64,000 nucleotides of DNA from a virus (lineage: Duplodnaviria; Caudoviricetes), in the IMG/VR virus record IMGVR_UViG_3300014204_000122, positions 1-64,000 of that record. One strand, given 5' to 3'. Every line of letters begins with the position of its first letter. The stretch's first letter is position 1. Of this stretch, positions 37,995-49,629 are shown piece by piece. The translations under genes were made by a program, and so were the position numbers. The notes under the pieces were generated by a model. The model was not told the DNA's origin. It saw only the letters and a program-made list of their open reading frames with translations, and did no database searches.

Positions 37995-40900
37995 TTATCC
38001 GAGATTATAAGTTACATCTTCATTTAATTGATTTTCAATAATTGGATTAGGATTATAATTTAATGGCACGGTTACCACAGTTGTTGCATTTACTAAACTA
38101 CTAGCAAGTATATCACCTTCACCTATTCCACTAACTGTTATTACATTATTTACTACCATTGCAGTTCGTGTAAGCATTGGTGTAATTGCATTTATTAATG
38201 CAGTTATTTCGGTTGCTATTTCATTTTTGGTTTTTCCAAGTCCTAAACCATCATAAGATATGGCGGTTGTATTAGTGCCGTCAAAGAAATTAAATGATGT
38301 AAGTAAGTTATCTGCGGTTACTGTTATAGTAATTATTTTTCCAAATGCTAATTTTAAACCATGTGTTATTTTATCACAATTTGTCGTACAACCAAGTACG
38401 TATATATCTTTACTTGCTGATGTATTTGCCGTACATAAAATTGGTGATTTACCATTTGTCTTTAAATAAGAATTTAAAAAAATTAAAGTTCCTCCCGATT
38501 TAGTTATTAACCAACCACTTGTATTTACAAATGGCATATTTCCAATTCTAACGATTCCTCCTGATTGAATAATTGAAGGAACTGTTGCTGACTCTCTTGT
38601 TATCTTACCCAAGAAGTTTAATTCGCCACTTGATATATTCACAAGTGGTACAGAATAATGACCAGGACCAGCATCACTTCTATAATTAATAATACCACCA
38701 GTTTGAGTTATTTGTGATACTACCGAAATTGGACAATTTATTTCAAGAACACCACCAGTTATATTAGATCCTTGTAAAACACTAATAACAGTTGTAGAGT
38801 TGAAATTAAGTCTTCCTGCCATGTTTACAAATCTTCCCGCAAATGTTCCATTAACAGTACACTCACTATTACTATCTATATTCAAAGCAGAAGGTGAATC
38901 ACATGAACTCCAACCATTTAAGTAAAAATATCCATATATCAAATTTATACTTCCAGTTGTTCTTGCATTACAAATAGTTTTTCCGCCTGTTCCGCTGATA
39001 TATATATCTCCTTGTACTCTACCGTTTAATATATTATAAGCATTATTAATACTATAAGCATAAGCTGGAGATGGTGTTTCAATATCAACATTACAAATAG
39101 CATTACCTACACTATATAGACTAACCCCTTGTAATAATCCATAAATTTTTGCTTCTAAATTTAAATACTTAGCATCAGAAAAAGCAATTGCTCTACCTAA
39201 CATATTTCTGATTATTCCTTTTATATCATAAAAACCATATTGTGTACTAGACTGTGTACCAATTTGTATCAACCATGTCGTTGATGTACTTGAATAAATT
39301 TCACAATCCTGATAATATTTAAAATTGGCATTTTGACCAACACAATTGATAAATCTACTATTTGCATGTGTTCCAATAAATAAACCACCTTCAAGTATAT
39401 AATCAGAATGCCAAGTATCTGAAATGTTAAATAAAGTTAAATCTCCCCAACTAATCTGAGAACCTTTAAAAACCCATCTCATACCTTCTTTAGCTAAATT
39501 AGTTGTAGGAACAAAATTACCTTTGCAATACACAGTATAATGTCGTATCCAAACAGGCATAAACCCTCCAGTACTCTGTGTCTGTGAGGTAGTTACTGAT
39601 TTTGCATTTTCTAATCCACCATCTTTGGTAATTATTCGAGTATTATAAACTAAACCTGAACCATAGGCGAATGAATCACCGACTTCCATTAAATTATAAT
39701 CAACATCAGATATATTAGTTATAACCCTACTTCCTGAGGTTTTTGTTGCTATCTGTGTCCCACTCCACTTATTTGTTAATGTAGATATTTTATCAAGTGT
39801 TTTATATTTAAACAATATTGTTCCGTCCCCTGATATATCATCTCCAAATACTGAATCAACAAATAATGAATGAGATAAATTAACAATAGTACTATCTTTC
39901 CAATCTACATCTCCGCCATTATTTTTATACAAAACTTGTCCTATTTCCGCACTACTTACCCCTGTCACATTATTCAGAGCTGTTTGTTGAGAAGATACAT
40001 CGGATAAATTATTAGATGGTTTTAAGGGTATATACCCTATCCCAACATTTGATATACTCCAATTAGCATCTACTTCATCATCAGGACTGTCTATTAATGC
40101 TCTAACTGTATATCCAATCAATACAGGAATTCCATTTATATTTCCATCAGCAGATATGGTCCATATATCACCTTTCATTATCACTCCTGCCGTTCCACTT
40201 CCACCTGTTATAGGATATTTGCTTGTAATAGTTGGGTTATAGCTTCCTCTGTCATCAAATAATCCTAAAGTGGCATTTGTAAGTTGACCTTTTGTTACAA
40301 ATTCATCATCATTTACTGCATCACTTCCTTTTACTGTTCCATCTCCTCGTACGGCAAATTTCCCTACTCCTAATTTATTCCATACCTCTAAAATATTATC
40401 AATATCTGCCATGTCATCGCCTGTCTGATATGATATGGCTCCTTTTGTCTGCAACAGTTTTATTTTAGGTATTGCACTAACCTCATAAGATTGTTGCATT
40501 GTAGTAGTTGCACCAATTGAAGAACCTAGATTTGGATTTCCAAACCTATCTAATTCCATGAATCTAGCCTTTGTCTCATTATTCAATTCTGTACATCCAG
40601 ATTCAACTACTAATGCACATCTAAATAAGAAGTTTTGATTAAGATTTTGTTCAGGAATAAATTGTTCAGTAGATATTGCTTGAAGAGCTTCAGAAATGCT
40701 ATCATATAAAAATTGACCTATTTGAACTCTTAATTTATTGGATACTGGGATGGCTAATCTATGAATTGTAAATTTTCCTACGGGTATTAATTCTTTCACA
40801 CCATTATTGTCCCAATGTTCTGTATCTATTGTATCTCCCGTTTCATATATATATTCTTGAAGATTTCTTAACCTATGTCGTATATCTGCATCTGGAGACC

Positions 40901-43691
40901 CAATTAATTCACCTAAAGTAACAGCATTTGGTCTTTTATATCTTAAAACACCTGCTGAATTATATCCAGAACCACGTTTACATAAATTCCCTAATGTTTT
41001 GTTTACTTTTTTATTTGAACCATTAGGACTGAATAAATTACCATTTATATTAAATGCCCCAAGATAGTCTAAGGTATCATGTAATTGTGACTCTAGCTTA
41101 ATAGCAACATCTGGTAAATTGTTAGTTGCATTAACATTTATGTTATTACTATGTACTGCATTACCAAGAGGAATATAATCCCATCTTTCATTTTCTTCGA
41201 ATGGAGCATTTTTGTGTATTAATATATTATTTATTGGATCATATGCAAAATATGTTGACGTTATTCCAACTATTGTAAGATATTCTGGTATTACACCAAC
41301 AAAACCTTCACATGTACTTCTAACTAATCGAGGATTATTAAAATCTGTTAAATCGATAAATATATATTCAAATTCAGCAATATTAATCTTTGTATTATCA
41401 ACATTTATTGTTATTCCGCTCCACTCTCCTATTAGTCCATTACTTCCCGATAAAGATATATCATTTATTGTAAGATTTGATGGCATTTTTAACCATCCAT
41501 TATTTGATTTAATAACTAAATCTCCAACTCTCCAATTTGTAATACCATCAAGCTCTGTTGATCCTGCTACTGATACTTTCCAAGCATAACCGGGAATTAA
41601 AGTTCCATCTATAGGAGGAGTATTTGTATCAGCATCCCAATCACCCTCCATTCTAATTATATTCCCTAAAATATTTTCAACTGCTTCATCTATATAATCA
41701 GACGTTGCTAATTTATCATTATTTCCCGTTGAACCTTCTGCTAATGCTGTTGGTAATATATTTTCAGTAGTAATTATTTTAAAATTATCATCAAGAACTA
41801 AATTACTATTATTTATTATTAAATTATTATATTCTAAAGAAATATATCTAGTATCTCCGTGATCGGCGGTATTTAATACATAATTATTATCAACAACAAA
41901 ATCACTTGCAGTTATAACATATTTATATATTTTATTATTTTCTCTACAAAAAACCAAAGGATAATCTAAAGTTTCTATATCAGTTTTTAAATCAAAACCA
42001 TAAATATGTGTATTAAAATATTCTTTATTTTCTGTACCAATTAAAATAAAATTATTTAAAGAAACATTTGTTAATTTTGTTAACTCATCTGCTGTAGATT
42101 TAAATCCTACTATATTGGCAAAAGAGACTTTAATATTTTTAGAGTTAGTTAAATCTATAAAATCAGTATTTATATTTAAATCTGTATATAGAACTGTTCC
42201 CGCTATTTGGTTATCTGTTATAAAAATATTTGTTATAGTTAAATTACTTTTAACTAAATTATTTCCTAATAAAGTACAATTAGAATTAATTACATAATTT
42301 AAATTTCCTGTAGTTTTATAAAAGATAGTACTTTCTATTATATTATCTTTAAAATCAGTTAAAACAGCATTTAAATCAGTTAAAACAGTGTTTTTAATAG
42401 CTAACTTTCCTTTTTCAAAAAAAGTAACTTCTAACAATAAAGATTTATCAACTATTAAGTTAATTTTATTATTAAAAGTAATAGTTTTATTAAAAAAACA
42501 AGTATTAAAAGAAAGAGTTTGATTATTTCCAAAATAACTAATAGTATCTAAATCAAAATCAAAATTTATATTAATAAATTCTAATATACCAGTATTAATT
42601 TTTTGTTCTAATGTTCCAAACGGATTTCTTAAACTACTTGTTATTGTTGTAGTTAATTCATAAATGGAAACTGGGTTTATATCACTTGTAGTATAAACAA
42701 ACTTATCTCCACTTGATGCAATTGGATAAAACAAATAATCTATAGAGTTTTGAATAAAATAACCTTTATAAAAATCTGTTGTTGTATTAAATGAAGTAGA
42801 AGTTATATTATATTTAAAGGGAATTAAAGCATCAGGCACTGAACCATCTAAAGAAAGACTTTCTGTTAAATTATTTCCTTGTATTCTTACCCTACTATTA
42901 CCTATAAAAGTAATTGTAGATAAATAATCTATTATTTGTTGGTTTATTTCAAAACTACTATCATCTAGAATAATTGTTACTATTATATCATTTAAAATAG
43001 TAGTATATGATAAATCTTTAAAAGCTCTTTGTAAGGTTTGATAAGGTGTAGAAACTTCTCCTGTACCTGATAAATCATTTCCTATAGCAGATATATAAAT
43101 ATCAAAACTAGTTGAAATAAAAGAAGTTAAACTATTGTTGAATTCTATTTTTTCAATATTATCACCGTTTACGTTTGCTTTTGTTTCTCCTATATTAAGA
43201 AAAGTTTCTCCAATATACATGTATAATTCAGCAGTTCCTGGAATAGGGGAGCTGGTTAATTCTTGATAATATATACCTGATTCATATTGAAAAACCCAAT
43301 TTCTAGAATCATCTATTGGAATTCTTAATCCTGAATTTTCTTCATATATTTTTACTTCATATTTATATCCAAAAGTAGGAGAGACAACGTTATTTACTCG
43401 AGTACCAGCTACTATACCATATTCAGGAATATTAATAGAGTGTGTTGCAAAATAAGCATGATTGTTTGAAGTTTCATCAATACTTAAATTTACCGTAAGT
43501 TTTAATACAACATTAGCTGCTTCTGCAACAACAGGATCAGGATCAATTGTTTCTGCAAAAATTGCACTAGAAGGTAAGTTAAAAAAATAACTTTCTTTTT
43601 CGTTTCCCAACTCTTTAGAGTTATCCGTATGGGATTTTCCTAATAAGTTTTTAAAAGCAATATTTGTTTTTGTTGTATTTTCTAAAGACAT
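37995..43691 (-). CDS. large mosaic tail fibre/tailspike protein
   Basis: 1898 aa; two GND..G.G...PY.T modules, GDWDA.TNTP repeats, beta-helix-like segments. Confidence 0.75.
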   Translation of the reverse strand: MSLENTTKTNIAFKNLLGKSHTDNSKELGNEKESYFFNLPSSAIFAETIDPDPVVAEAANVVLKLTVNLSIDETSNNHAYFATHSINIPEYGIVAGTRVNNVVSPTFGYKYEVKIYEENSGLRIPIDDSRNWVFQYESGIYYQELTSSPIPGTAELYMYIGETFLNIGETKANVNGDNIEKIEFNNSLTSFISTSFDIYISAIGNDLSGTGEVSTPYQTLQRAFKDLSYTTILNDIIVTIILDDSSFEINQQIIDYLSTITFIGNSRVRIQGNNLTESLSLDGSVPDALIPFKYNITSTSFNTTTDFYKGYFIQNSIDYLFYPIASSGDKFVYTTSDINPVSIYELTTTITSSLRNPFGTLEQKINTGILEFININFDFDLDTISYFGNNQTLSFNTCFFNKTITFNNKINLIVDKSLLLEVTFFEKGKLAIKNTVLTDLNAVLTDFKDNIIESTIFYKTTGNLNYVINSNCTLLGNNLVKSNLTITNIFITDNQIAGTVLYTDLNINTDFIDLTNSKNIKVSFANIVGFKSTADELTKLTNVSLNNFILIGTENKEYFNTHIYGFDLKTDIETLDYPLVFCRENNKIYKYVITASDFVVDNNYVLNTADHGDTRYISLEYNNLIINNSNLVLDDNFKIITTENILPTALAEGSTGNNDKLATSDYIDEAVENILGNIIRMEGDWDADTNTPPIDGTLIPGYAWKVSVAGSTELDGITNWRVGDLVIKSNNGWLKMPSNLTINDISLSGSNGLIGEWSGITINVDNTKINIAEFEYIFIDLTDFNNPRLVRSTCEGFVGVIPEYLTIVGITSTYFAYDPINNILIHKNAPFEENERWDYIPLGNAVHSNNINVNATNNLPDVAIKLESQLHDTLDYLGAFNINGNLFSPNGSNKKVNKTLGNLCKRGSGYNSAGVLRYKRPNAVTLGELIGSPDADIRHRLRNLQEYIYETGDTIDTEHWDNNGVKELIPVGKFTIHRLAIPVSNKLRVQIGQFLYDSISEALQAISTEQFIPEQNLNQNFLFRCALVVESGCTELNNETKARFMELDRFGNPNLGSSIGATTTMQQSYEVSAIPKIKLLQTKGAISYQTGDDMADIDNILEVWNKLGVGKFAVRGDGTVKGSDAVNDDEFVTKGQLTNATLGLFDDRGSYNPTITSKYPITGGSGTAGVIMKGDIWTISADGNINGIPVLIGYTVRALIDSPDDEVDANWSISNVGIGYIPLKPSNNLSDVSSQQTALNNVTGVSSAEIGQVLYKNNGGDVDWKDSTIVNLSHSLFVDSVFGDDISGDGTILFKYKTLDKISTLTNKWSGTQIATKTSGSRVITNISDVDYNLMEVGDSFAYGSGLVYNTRIITKDGGLENAKSVTTSQTQSTGGFMPVWIRHYTVYCKGNFVPTTNLAKEGMRWVFKGSQISWGDLTLFNISDTWHSDYILEGGLFIGTHANSRFINCVGQNANFKYYQDCEIYSSTSTTWLIQIGTQSSTQYGFYDIKGIIRNMLGRAIAFSDAKYLNLEAKIYGLLQGVSLYSVGNAICNVDIETPSPAYAYSINNAYNILNGRVQGDIYISGTGGKTICNARTTGSINLIYGYFYLNGWSSCDSPSALNIDSNSECTVNGTFAGRFVNMAGRLNFNSTTVISVLQGSNITGGVLEINCPISVVSQITQTGGIINYRSDAGPGHYSVPLVNISSGELNFLGKITRESATVPSIIQSGGIVRIGNMPFVNTSGWLITKSGGTLIFLNSYLKTNGKSPILCTANTSASKDIYVLGCTTNCDKITHGLKLAFGKIITITVTADNLLTSFNFFDGTNTTAISYDGLGLGKTKNEIATEITALINAITPMLTRTAMVVNNVITVSGIGEGDILASSLVNATTVVTVPLNYNPNPIIENQLNEDVTYNLG

Positions 43692-43702
43692 TTTTATTAT
43701 TT

Positions 43703-44188
43703 TTATTTGTTGAAAAATAAACTATACATAATTGCAATTGCAGATAATATTATTATAACATTACTTATAAGTTTGCCTAATTCGTTATATTTAGCCATTT
43801 CAGGATGTTTTTGATCAATTCTTACAACCTCTGTTTCTTTTTTTAAAACTTCTATCTGTCCCGATAAACAATTAATAGTTGATAATAAATTATTAACTTC
43901 TTTTATATTGTTTTCTTTAACATTTAATAATTTTTTATCAAGTTCTTCTATTTGATTTTTTAAAACATTAATTTCAGCTAACTTTTCTTGAATTTTTTCA
44001 ATTTTTTCGTTATGAGTATTTACTTTTTCGTTTATAGATTTAGATTCTGTATGAATCCTATCTAATTTTTCCATAAACAAATCTTGAATATGTTTAAGTT
44101 GTTCATGCAATACGTCATTAGATGATCTTACTTCAGCTATTAAAAGTGAAAGTTTAATGTTTTTTTCTTCTTCTTGATCTATTGTCAT
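43703..44188 (-). CDS. coiled-coil protein with C-terminal TM (holin/XhlA-like)
   Basis: Long heptads ending in a hydrophobic helix. Confidence 0.55.
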   Translation of the reverse strand: MTIDQEEEKNIKLSLLIAEVRSSNDVLHEQLKHIQDLFMEKLDRIHTESKSINEKVNTHNEKIEKIQEKLAEINVLKNQIEELDKKLLNVKENNIKEVNNLLSTINCLSGQIEVLKKETEVVRIDQKHPEMAKYNELGKLISNVIIILSAIAIMYSLFFNK

Positions 44189-44298
44189 TATTTATTTAAT
44201 ATAGGTATTATATAATATTTATATTTAAATATTAAAAAAAACAATAAAGTTTGAAAAAAATAAAGATAAACTTGTTTGGGGTAGTTAATTTTATTTTT

Positions 44299-46839
44299 TT
44301 AAATAAATTGTAAGACAATATCATAAATATTACCTGCCATTTGTTGTCCCATCGTAATTTTTATGACTATATATCCCCCTGTATTAGCTGTATTTTTTGT
44401 ACCTATTGTTAAACCCCAATTTGTATTTAAAGCACGACCTGTACCTAATAAAGAACTTCTGCAACCATCTCCATCTGAAAACATTTCAGTATCAAAATCA
44501 TTATAACAATCTAACCACCCTGTTTGACTTGAAGCTTTAATTTCTACTTTACAATTATTTCCAGTTAAAGTTTCTGTTATTGGTACAAAGTTAATAGAAT
44601 TACCTAAAATTTTTAATATAAAATTACTAGTAGTTGGAGCTGTTTGTTTAAAATAACGATAAAAAGTTCTATTGCCAGTTAATCCAGTATAATTCCTTGC
44701 AGGACCCTTTGTTGTACCATCATTCCAAATTGGAGCATTGGGCAAAACTGTAGTTCTAAAATCATTTGGATAAAAAAGACTCCATCCTGGATATATTAAA
44801 AGACCATCTATTACTTGTAATCCATCACCATAACCCGGGTTTATAGAATTTTTAATAGACATTTGACTATCCCACATATTAGAAGGAAAATTTACGAAAT
44901 TATCAAAATCTATATTTGACGGCAATCGATAACCTTCACTTGTAAAGGTTTCTTGATAATTAGTATTTGTATCTACTAGATTATCTAATAAAATACCTGA
45001 AATTGTAGATGTTAGACTGTTACTTATTGATTGTACTGTTCTTTTAACTATTGTTTCTATTGTAGGATTTACGTTTACAAGAGCTATGTTGGAATTTAAA
45101 GTTACAGCTTTATTAGTAATTATTATTTGTTCATCAACCCCAGTTGTATTTGCCGGAATTTCTAAAGGACTAGTAGTTCCATAATTACAACTAAAAGAAA
45201 TAGCATCTGTATCTTTATTATATGTATTTTTATATGCATTAGAAATTTTTACACTATAGAAAAAAGTACCTGATGTATAATATCCAATTCCAGATAAATA
45301 TTTAATTCCAGATAATGAATTTACAACAAAAGACATATCTGAATACGCTGTTGCTGTTACATCATCATCTATTAAAATATCAAACACAGTTAAAGTTCTA
45401 ACATCTCCCAATGCAATCACATGTTCTACTTTTATAGTATTATATCCATTATTTAAATCACTTTTTATTACCATCCAACCACCTGTTCTATGTTGTATAG
45501 AACTTAACTCTGAACCGTTAGCAAAATGTGCTGGAGATTGTGCAGATACATATATTCCTGTTGTTGTTCCTCCTGTTGTACCATCTATAGAGTTAACAGA
45601 ACTAGTAAGATCTAAATTTGCTATTTCAATATCATTAATATATAAAATTAAATTACCCGTATCTGCTTTACTAAAAGATTGAGCTATATAAGAAGGTGTT
45701 GGTAACATCGTATCTTGCGGTACATCATAGTTAAAAATACCTGATAAAACATCTCCTGCTCTTGATGATATACCTAATCTATATCCTGATGTTAAAAAAG
45801 TATCATTAAGAGAAACAGGATCAACAACACCTATTCCGTCTGCTGGTGTATAACCAACTAAAGGTAAAGATGTATCAAAACTTAATTTTCCTGAAACTTG
45901 AGGAGTTAAAGTAAGTTCATTCCATGAAATTAATTCAGGGGCTGAAGTGGGAGTTAAAGCTTTTGCTATTTTATTTAATTCACATATAGCATCAACAGTA
46001 GTAGTAGATTCAAAATCGAACAAACCATTAGTCCAAGTACCTTCTGTAGGTAATCCTAATGGGTGAGTTAAAAAAGGTTGAATTATCCATAATCCTGAAG
46101 GATAAGTTCCGTTATATTGATATAAAACAGTATCTATATTTTTTATTTTAATAGTATAACTATTTGTTGGAACTATATATTCCCATGTACTATTATTATA
46201 ATAAGCTATTTCATTTGCATGTGTAATAAACTCATCTATGGGTGTTGATGAAATTAAATATTTATCTCCCTGGGTTGGAGTTAATCCTATAGGAGTATTA
46301 ACAATAGATATAACACTATCTTGCCATGTATCTGTTGCCATAGGAATAAGACTAATTACTCCCTCTATTTCTCCTTTAATAAGAGATTTTAAAGAAATAA
46401 TAGTATCAGATGGTAATTGGTGTAAAAAATATCTATAAGGAATTTTTAAAGAAACATCAGTATCTATATCAAATAAATAAGGAGTCTCAACACCTGCTAT
46501 TGTCAAATAATAAAAAGTAATAGTATAAGGTCCTCCTTCTGTACAACTTAACTTTCCGTAAACTTCTGATCTATCAGAATAAATTTTTCTATTATTAATA
46601 GTTAAATTTATTAAAACAATATTATGAGGACTAGCGCTAATTACACCATTTTCTGTTTCATCAGCTGAAATTCTTATATCTATAGGTTTACCTTTATAAC
46701 CAGCTGTTAAAATAGTTGTTTCTAATGTAGAATAAATATTTACACTAGAGCTATTAATAGGTATAGTAAATGTTGAAATGTTTATATAGCCTCCAACTAT
46801 TCTGCTTATTTGTTTTGCTTGTATGTGTTCTTGTTGCAT
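44299..46839 (-). CDS. virion structural protein with DUF2793-like module
   Basis: WQDSV...P..GDKYLI....AYYN..W....P motif; Ser/Thr-rich. Confidence 0.7.
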   Translation of the reverse strand: MQQEHIQAKQISRIVGGYINISTFTIPINSSSVNIYSTLETTILTAGYKGKPIDIRISADETENGVISASPHNIVLINLTINNRKIYSDRSEVYGKLSCTEGGPYTITFYYLTIAGVETPYLFDIDTDVSLKIPYRYFLHQLPSDTIISLKSLIKGEIEGVISLIPMATDTWQDSVISIVNTPIGLTPTQGDKYLISSTPIDEFITHANEIAYYNNSTWEYIVPTNSYTIKIKNIDTVLYQYNGTYPSGLWIIQPFLTHPLGLPTEGTWTNGLFDFESTTTVDAICELNKIAKALTPTSAPELISWNELTLTPQVSGKLSFDTSLPLVGYTPADGIGVVDPVSLNDTFLTSGYRLGISSRAGDVLSGIFNYDVPQDTMLPTPSYIAQSFSKADTGNLILYINDIEIANLDLTSSVNSIDGTTGGTTTGIYVSAQSPAHFANGSELSSIQHRTGGWMVIKSDLNNGYNTIKVEHVIALGDVRTLTVFDILIDDDVTATAYSDMSFVVNSLSGIKYLSGIGYYTSGTFFYSVKISNAYKNTYNKDTDAISFSCNYGTTSPLEIPANTTGVDEQIIITNKAVTLNSNIALVNVNPTIETIVKRTVQSISNSLTSTISGILLDNLVDTNTNYQETFTSEGYRLPSNIDFDNFVNFPSNMWDSQMSIKNSINPGYGDGLQVIDGLLIYPGWSLFYPNDFRTTVLPNAPIWNDGTTKGPARNYTGLTGNRTFYRYFKQTAPTTSNFILKILGNSINFVPITETLTGNNCKVEIKASSQTGWLDCYNDFDTEMFSDGDGCRSSLLGTGRALNTNWGLTIGTKNTANTGGYIVIKITMGQQMAGNIYDIVLQFI

Positions 46840-48344
46840 TACCAGTAATATATTTCTAGTTTATCTGTAGTTTCTAAATTAAATTTATTATTTGTCCATA
46901 TTAAATTTGCATTAACTATGGAATAATCTGTTGTATAAGTATATTTTATACCATTTATAAAAAGCTTTGAAAGATTAGGTGATGTAGGAATAAAATCTAA
47001 TGAAAACATAGTTTGATCATCAGCTGCTACTGTTAATATTAATAAATTTTCTATACTAGATGAAGTATTGTAAATATAAAACTTATGTGAGGTTTTATCA
47101 TAATCAAATTCAACTAATTTTCCAATTTGACCTTTATCAATTATTAATAAATCTCCATCAACAAAATCTCTTATTGTAATAGTATATGAACCTAAATCAA
47201 GACTAGAATCAATTGCAAAAATAAATTTAGCATTAGATGTGACTGCATAGTTTTTTAAAGTAATAACTATATTTTCGGTTAGAGTACCAGTAATTAATTG
47301 AGTAACACTATCTATATATGCGAGTAAATCAGAAGTAGTTAAGTTTAAAACAGATCTTCCTCTTTTTCCTATTGTAGATGATGAATCAATATGTACGTCT
47401 GATAAAACCAAACCTGAAAACACACCTGTTATATTACTAAACGTACAATTTGTACAATTATCTGATATAATAGAAGAATTAAAAATTTTAATATTAGAGG
47501 AGTTAGATAAAAGTATAGTTGAATTAGTTGAATATATACCTTCACAATTATCAATTGTTCCTACAGAATTTATTAACAATGTTTTTGATGATGATGTGAT
47601 TGCGACTTTTGAATTAAGCAATTGTGAATTTGATTCATTAACATCATCAATGTTTGCTATACTATTATTTATAGTATCTAATGTTATTTTATAATTATAT
47701 TTAGTTGAACCTATTATTGTTCCTGATGGTGTAAAATCATTTATAGTTAAAGCAAGTACTCTAAAAACCTGTCCTATCCCTTCTCCTATTTGATCTGTTG
47801 TATCCGTAATATCATACCACTGTAATGCAATAAGATTATCAGTGTTTGCCAAATCATAATAAGCGGAAAGTGTAATAGATATAGGATCAGAGGTTATTGT
47901 AATTAAAGTATATACGACACCAGTCCATTTATAATATTTTCCTGATGTTAAATCAACATAATATTTATTTAATACTGGTGTAATTAAAATAGAATACCCA
48001 GCATCTTCATAAAACAAACCATCTATATTATTATAATATCCTTCTACAGCATCTGGTGGAATAGGTCCACTACCTCCACTTACATTTATGTAATTATTAT
48101 ATAAAATATTAGCAGCTTCATGTAAATTAATAGCAGCTAATTTAGCCTCAGCCTTTGATTGAAAAGTAAGAGATATAGTTTCATTACTTTCAAGTAATAT
48201 TAATAAAATATTTTCTTCTGTATTATTACTTAAATATCTTCCTATGTTTATATTATATAAAATTATTCCTGATGTATTTTGAAGAGATAAAATTATATCA
48301 GATGATTGATAAGGAACAATAAATGTATTTGGATTAAGTGCCAT
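46839..48344 (-). CDS. virion structural/tail fibre protein
   Basis: GYY..DG.FYED...YYVD..SGKYYKW.G..Y; C-terminal LFING.KY....DY. Confidence 0.65.
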   Translation of the reverse strand: MALNPNTFIVPYQSSDIILSLQNTSGIILYNINIGRYLSNNTEENILLILLESNETISLTFQSKAEAKLAAINLHEAANILYNNYINVSGGSGPIPPDAVEGYYNNIDGLFYEDAGYSILITPVLNKYYVDLTSGKYYKWTGVVYTLITITSDPISITLSAYYDLANTDNLIALQWYDITDTTDQIGEGIGQVFRVLALTINDFTPSGTIIGSTKYNYKITLDTINNSIANIDDVNESNSQLLNSKVAITSSSKTLLINSVGTIDNCEGIYSTNSTILLSNSSNIKIFNSSIISDNCTNCTFSNITGVFSGLVLSDVHIDSSSTIGKRGRSVLNLTTSDLLAYIDSVTQLITGTLTENIVITLKNYAVTSNAKFIFAIDSSLDLGSYTITIRDFVDGDLLIIDKGQIGKLVEFDYDKTSHKFYIYNTSSSIENLLILTVAADDQTMFSLDFIPTSPNLSKLFINGIKYTYTTDYSIVNANLIWTNNKFNLETTDKLEIYYW

Positions 48345-48362
48345 TTTTTTTATTTATAAAAT

Positions 48363-48686
48363 TTATAATAGTATTGCTCCATTCATAATTTGTTTAAACC
48401 TAAGTTCAGCTGTTGCAGCTTCATTTGAATTTATAAATGTTAATTCCGTTGGTTGATAATTGTTTACCTCCTTGATGACCAACGTTTGTCCTTGTTTGTA
48501 AAAAATAAGAACATTTCTTAAAATAATTTGATGTATAGTTTGACCGTCAATAGGGTGTTTGATTACAGCTGTTTGTCTTTGAATTTCCGTTTTAACATTT
48601 AAAGCAACAAGATTACCTGATGTTAATGGATTAACTACTGGTACTGTTGGAGTTACTGTTTTTTTCTTTTTATCTATAAAATCCAT
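48363..48686 (-). CDS. hypothetical virion protein
   Basis: 107 aa; LTF.NS.EA..A resembles the N-terminus of 46839..48344. Confidence 0.6.
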   Translation of the reverse strand: MDFIDKKKKTVTPTVPVVNPLTSGNLVALNVKTEIQRQTAVIKHPIDGQTIHQIILRNVLIFYKQGQTLVIKEVNNYQPTELTFINSNEAATAELRFKQIMNGAILL

Positions 48687-49081
48687 TATTTATATTGTAT
48701 TTTAATTCTTGTTCTATCATTTGGTGTTGGCAATGTAAAACTTTCTTGATTATTTGCAAAAGTAAAATAACCATAATAAGTTCCTGATTTTTTTATAAAT
48801 AAAGGATCAATGGTTGTTAAAATTTCTGAATTTTCCATATTATTTATATTAGCTGTACTGTTTGTTATTAAATTACCATAAACATCGTATAGTTTAAAAA
48901 TAATACTATATCCTGATAATAAAAAAGGTGTTTTATCTCCAAACAAATTAGTTCTTTCATAAAGGTGAACTAATATTTTTAACTCACCTCCTAAATTACA
49001 GTTATATATATCTTTTTGTAAAACTATAAAAGGATATGTATTGTAAGCTCTTTTATCAAATATTTCACAAGTATCCGCCAT
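48686..49081 (-). CDS. BppU-like Ig-fold virion protein
   Basis: LSGYSIIFKL...SGTYYGYF.......TLP. Confidence 0.55.
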   Translation of the reverse strand: MADTCEIFDKRAYNTYPFIVLQKDIYNCNLGGELKILVHLYERTNLFGDKTPFLLSGYSIIFKLYDVYGNLITNSTANINNMENSEILTTIDPLFIKKSGTYYGYFTFANNQESFTLPTPNDRTRIKIQYK

Positions 49082-49144
49082 TTTTTTATTTTAAATATAG
49101 TTTTTGGAATAACTTTTTAAAATAAACAAGTAAAAGTTTAATTG

Positions 49145-49627
49145 TTAAATTTTTAAACTTAACTTATAAGCATTTCTTATATTTTTATTTAAATAATTTC
49201 TTAAAATATTAGTATTTTTTCCCATAGGATATTTACTAAAATCCTCTAGTGATGTTTTAGAAGGAGAAATGTTTGAGTTTTTAGATTCAGCATCTACAAT
49301 TGTTGGTAAATCTGATTTAGTTTCAATAGCGTTTTCTTTTTCTTTTTTAAGTTTTTCGTCTTGTGCTTTTTTTATTTCTTCTTTATTTGGAATTTTTATT
49401 TCTTGTTTTTTAAACTGAATAATATCTGCTAATATTCCAAAATTATAATGTAAATTTAAACCCCAAATTCTATTATTTTTAACTTCTAATATCCAAACTA
49501 AAGGTCTTTTGTCATGTATATCTTCAGCATTATATTCAAAATAATATAACATTCCCGGTTTTAAACTATTAGGATGAGCTCTTTGAAGATTAAAAAATTG
49601 GCTTATATTATTAATCGTTAACTTCAT
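49145..49627 (-). CDS. T4 gp2-like DNA end protector protein (putative)
   Basis: PGMLYYFEY...DKRPLV...WGLNLHY. Confidence 0.6.
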   Translation of the reverse strand: MKLTINNISQFFNLQRAHPNSLKPGMLYYFEYNAEDIHDKRPLVWILEVKNNRIWGLNLHYNFGILADIIQFKKQEIKIPNKEEIKKAQDEKLKKEKENAIETKSDLPTIVDAESKNSNISPSKTSLEDFSKYPMGKNTNILRNYLNKNIRNAYKLSLKI

Positions 49628-49629
49628 TT

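Noticed and set aside
44249-44303. Additional inverted repeat (tttgaaaaaaataaa / tttatttttttaaa)
   Set aside because: It is mostly homopolymer runs and could easily arise by chance at this AT content.
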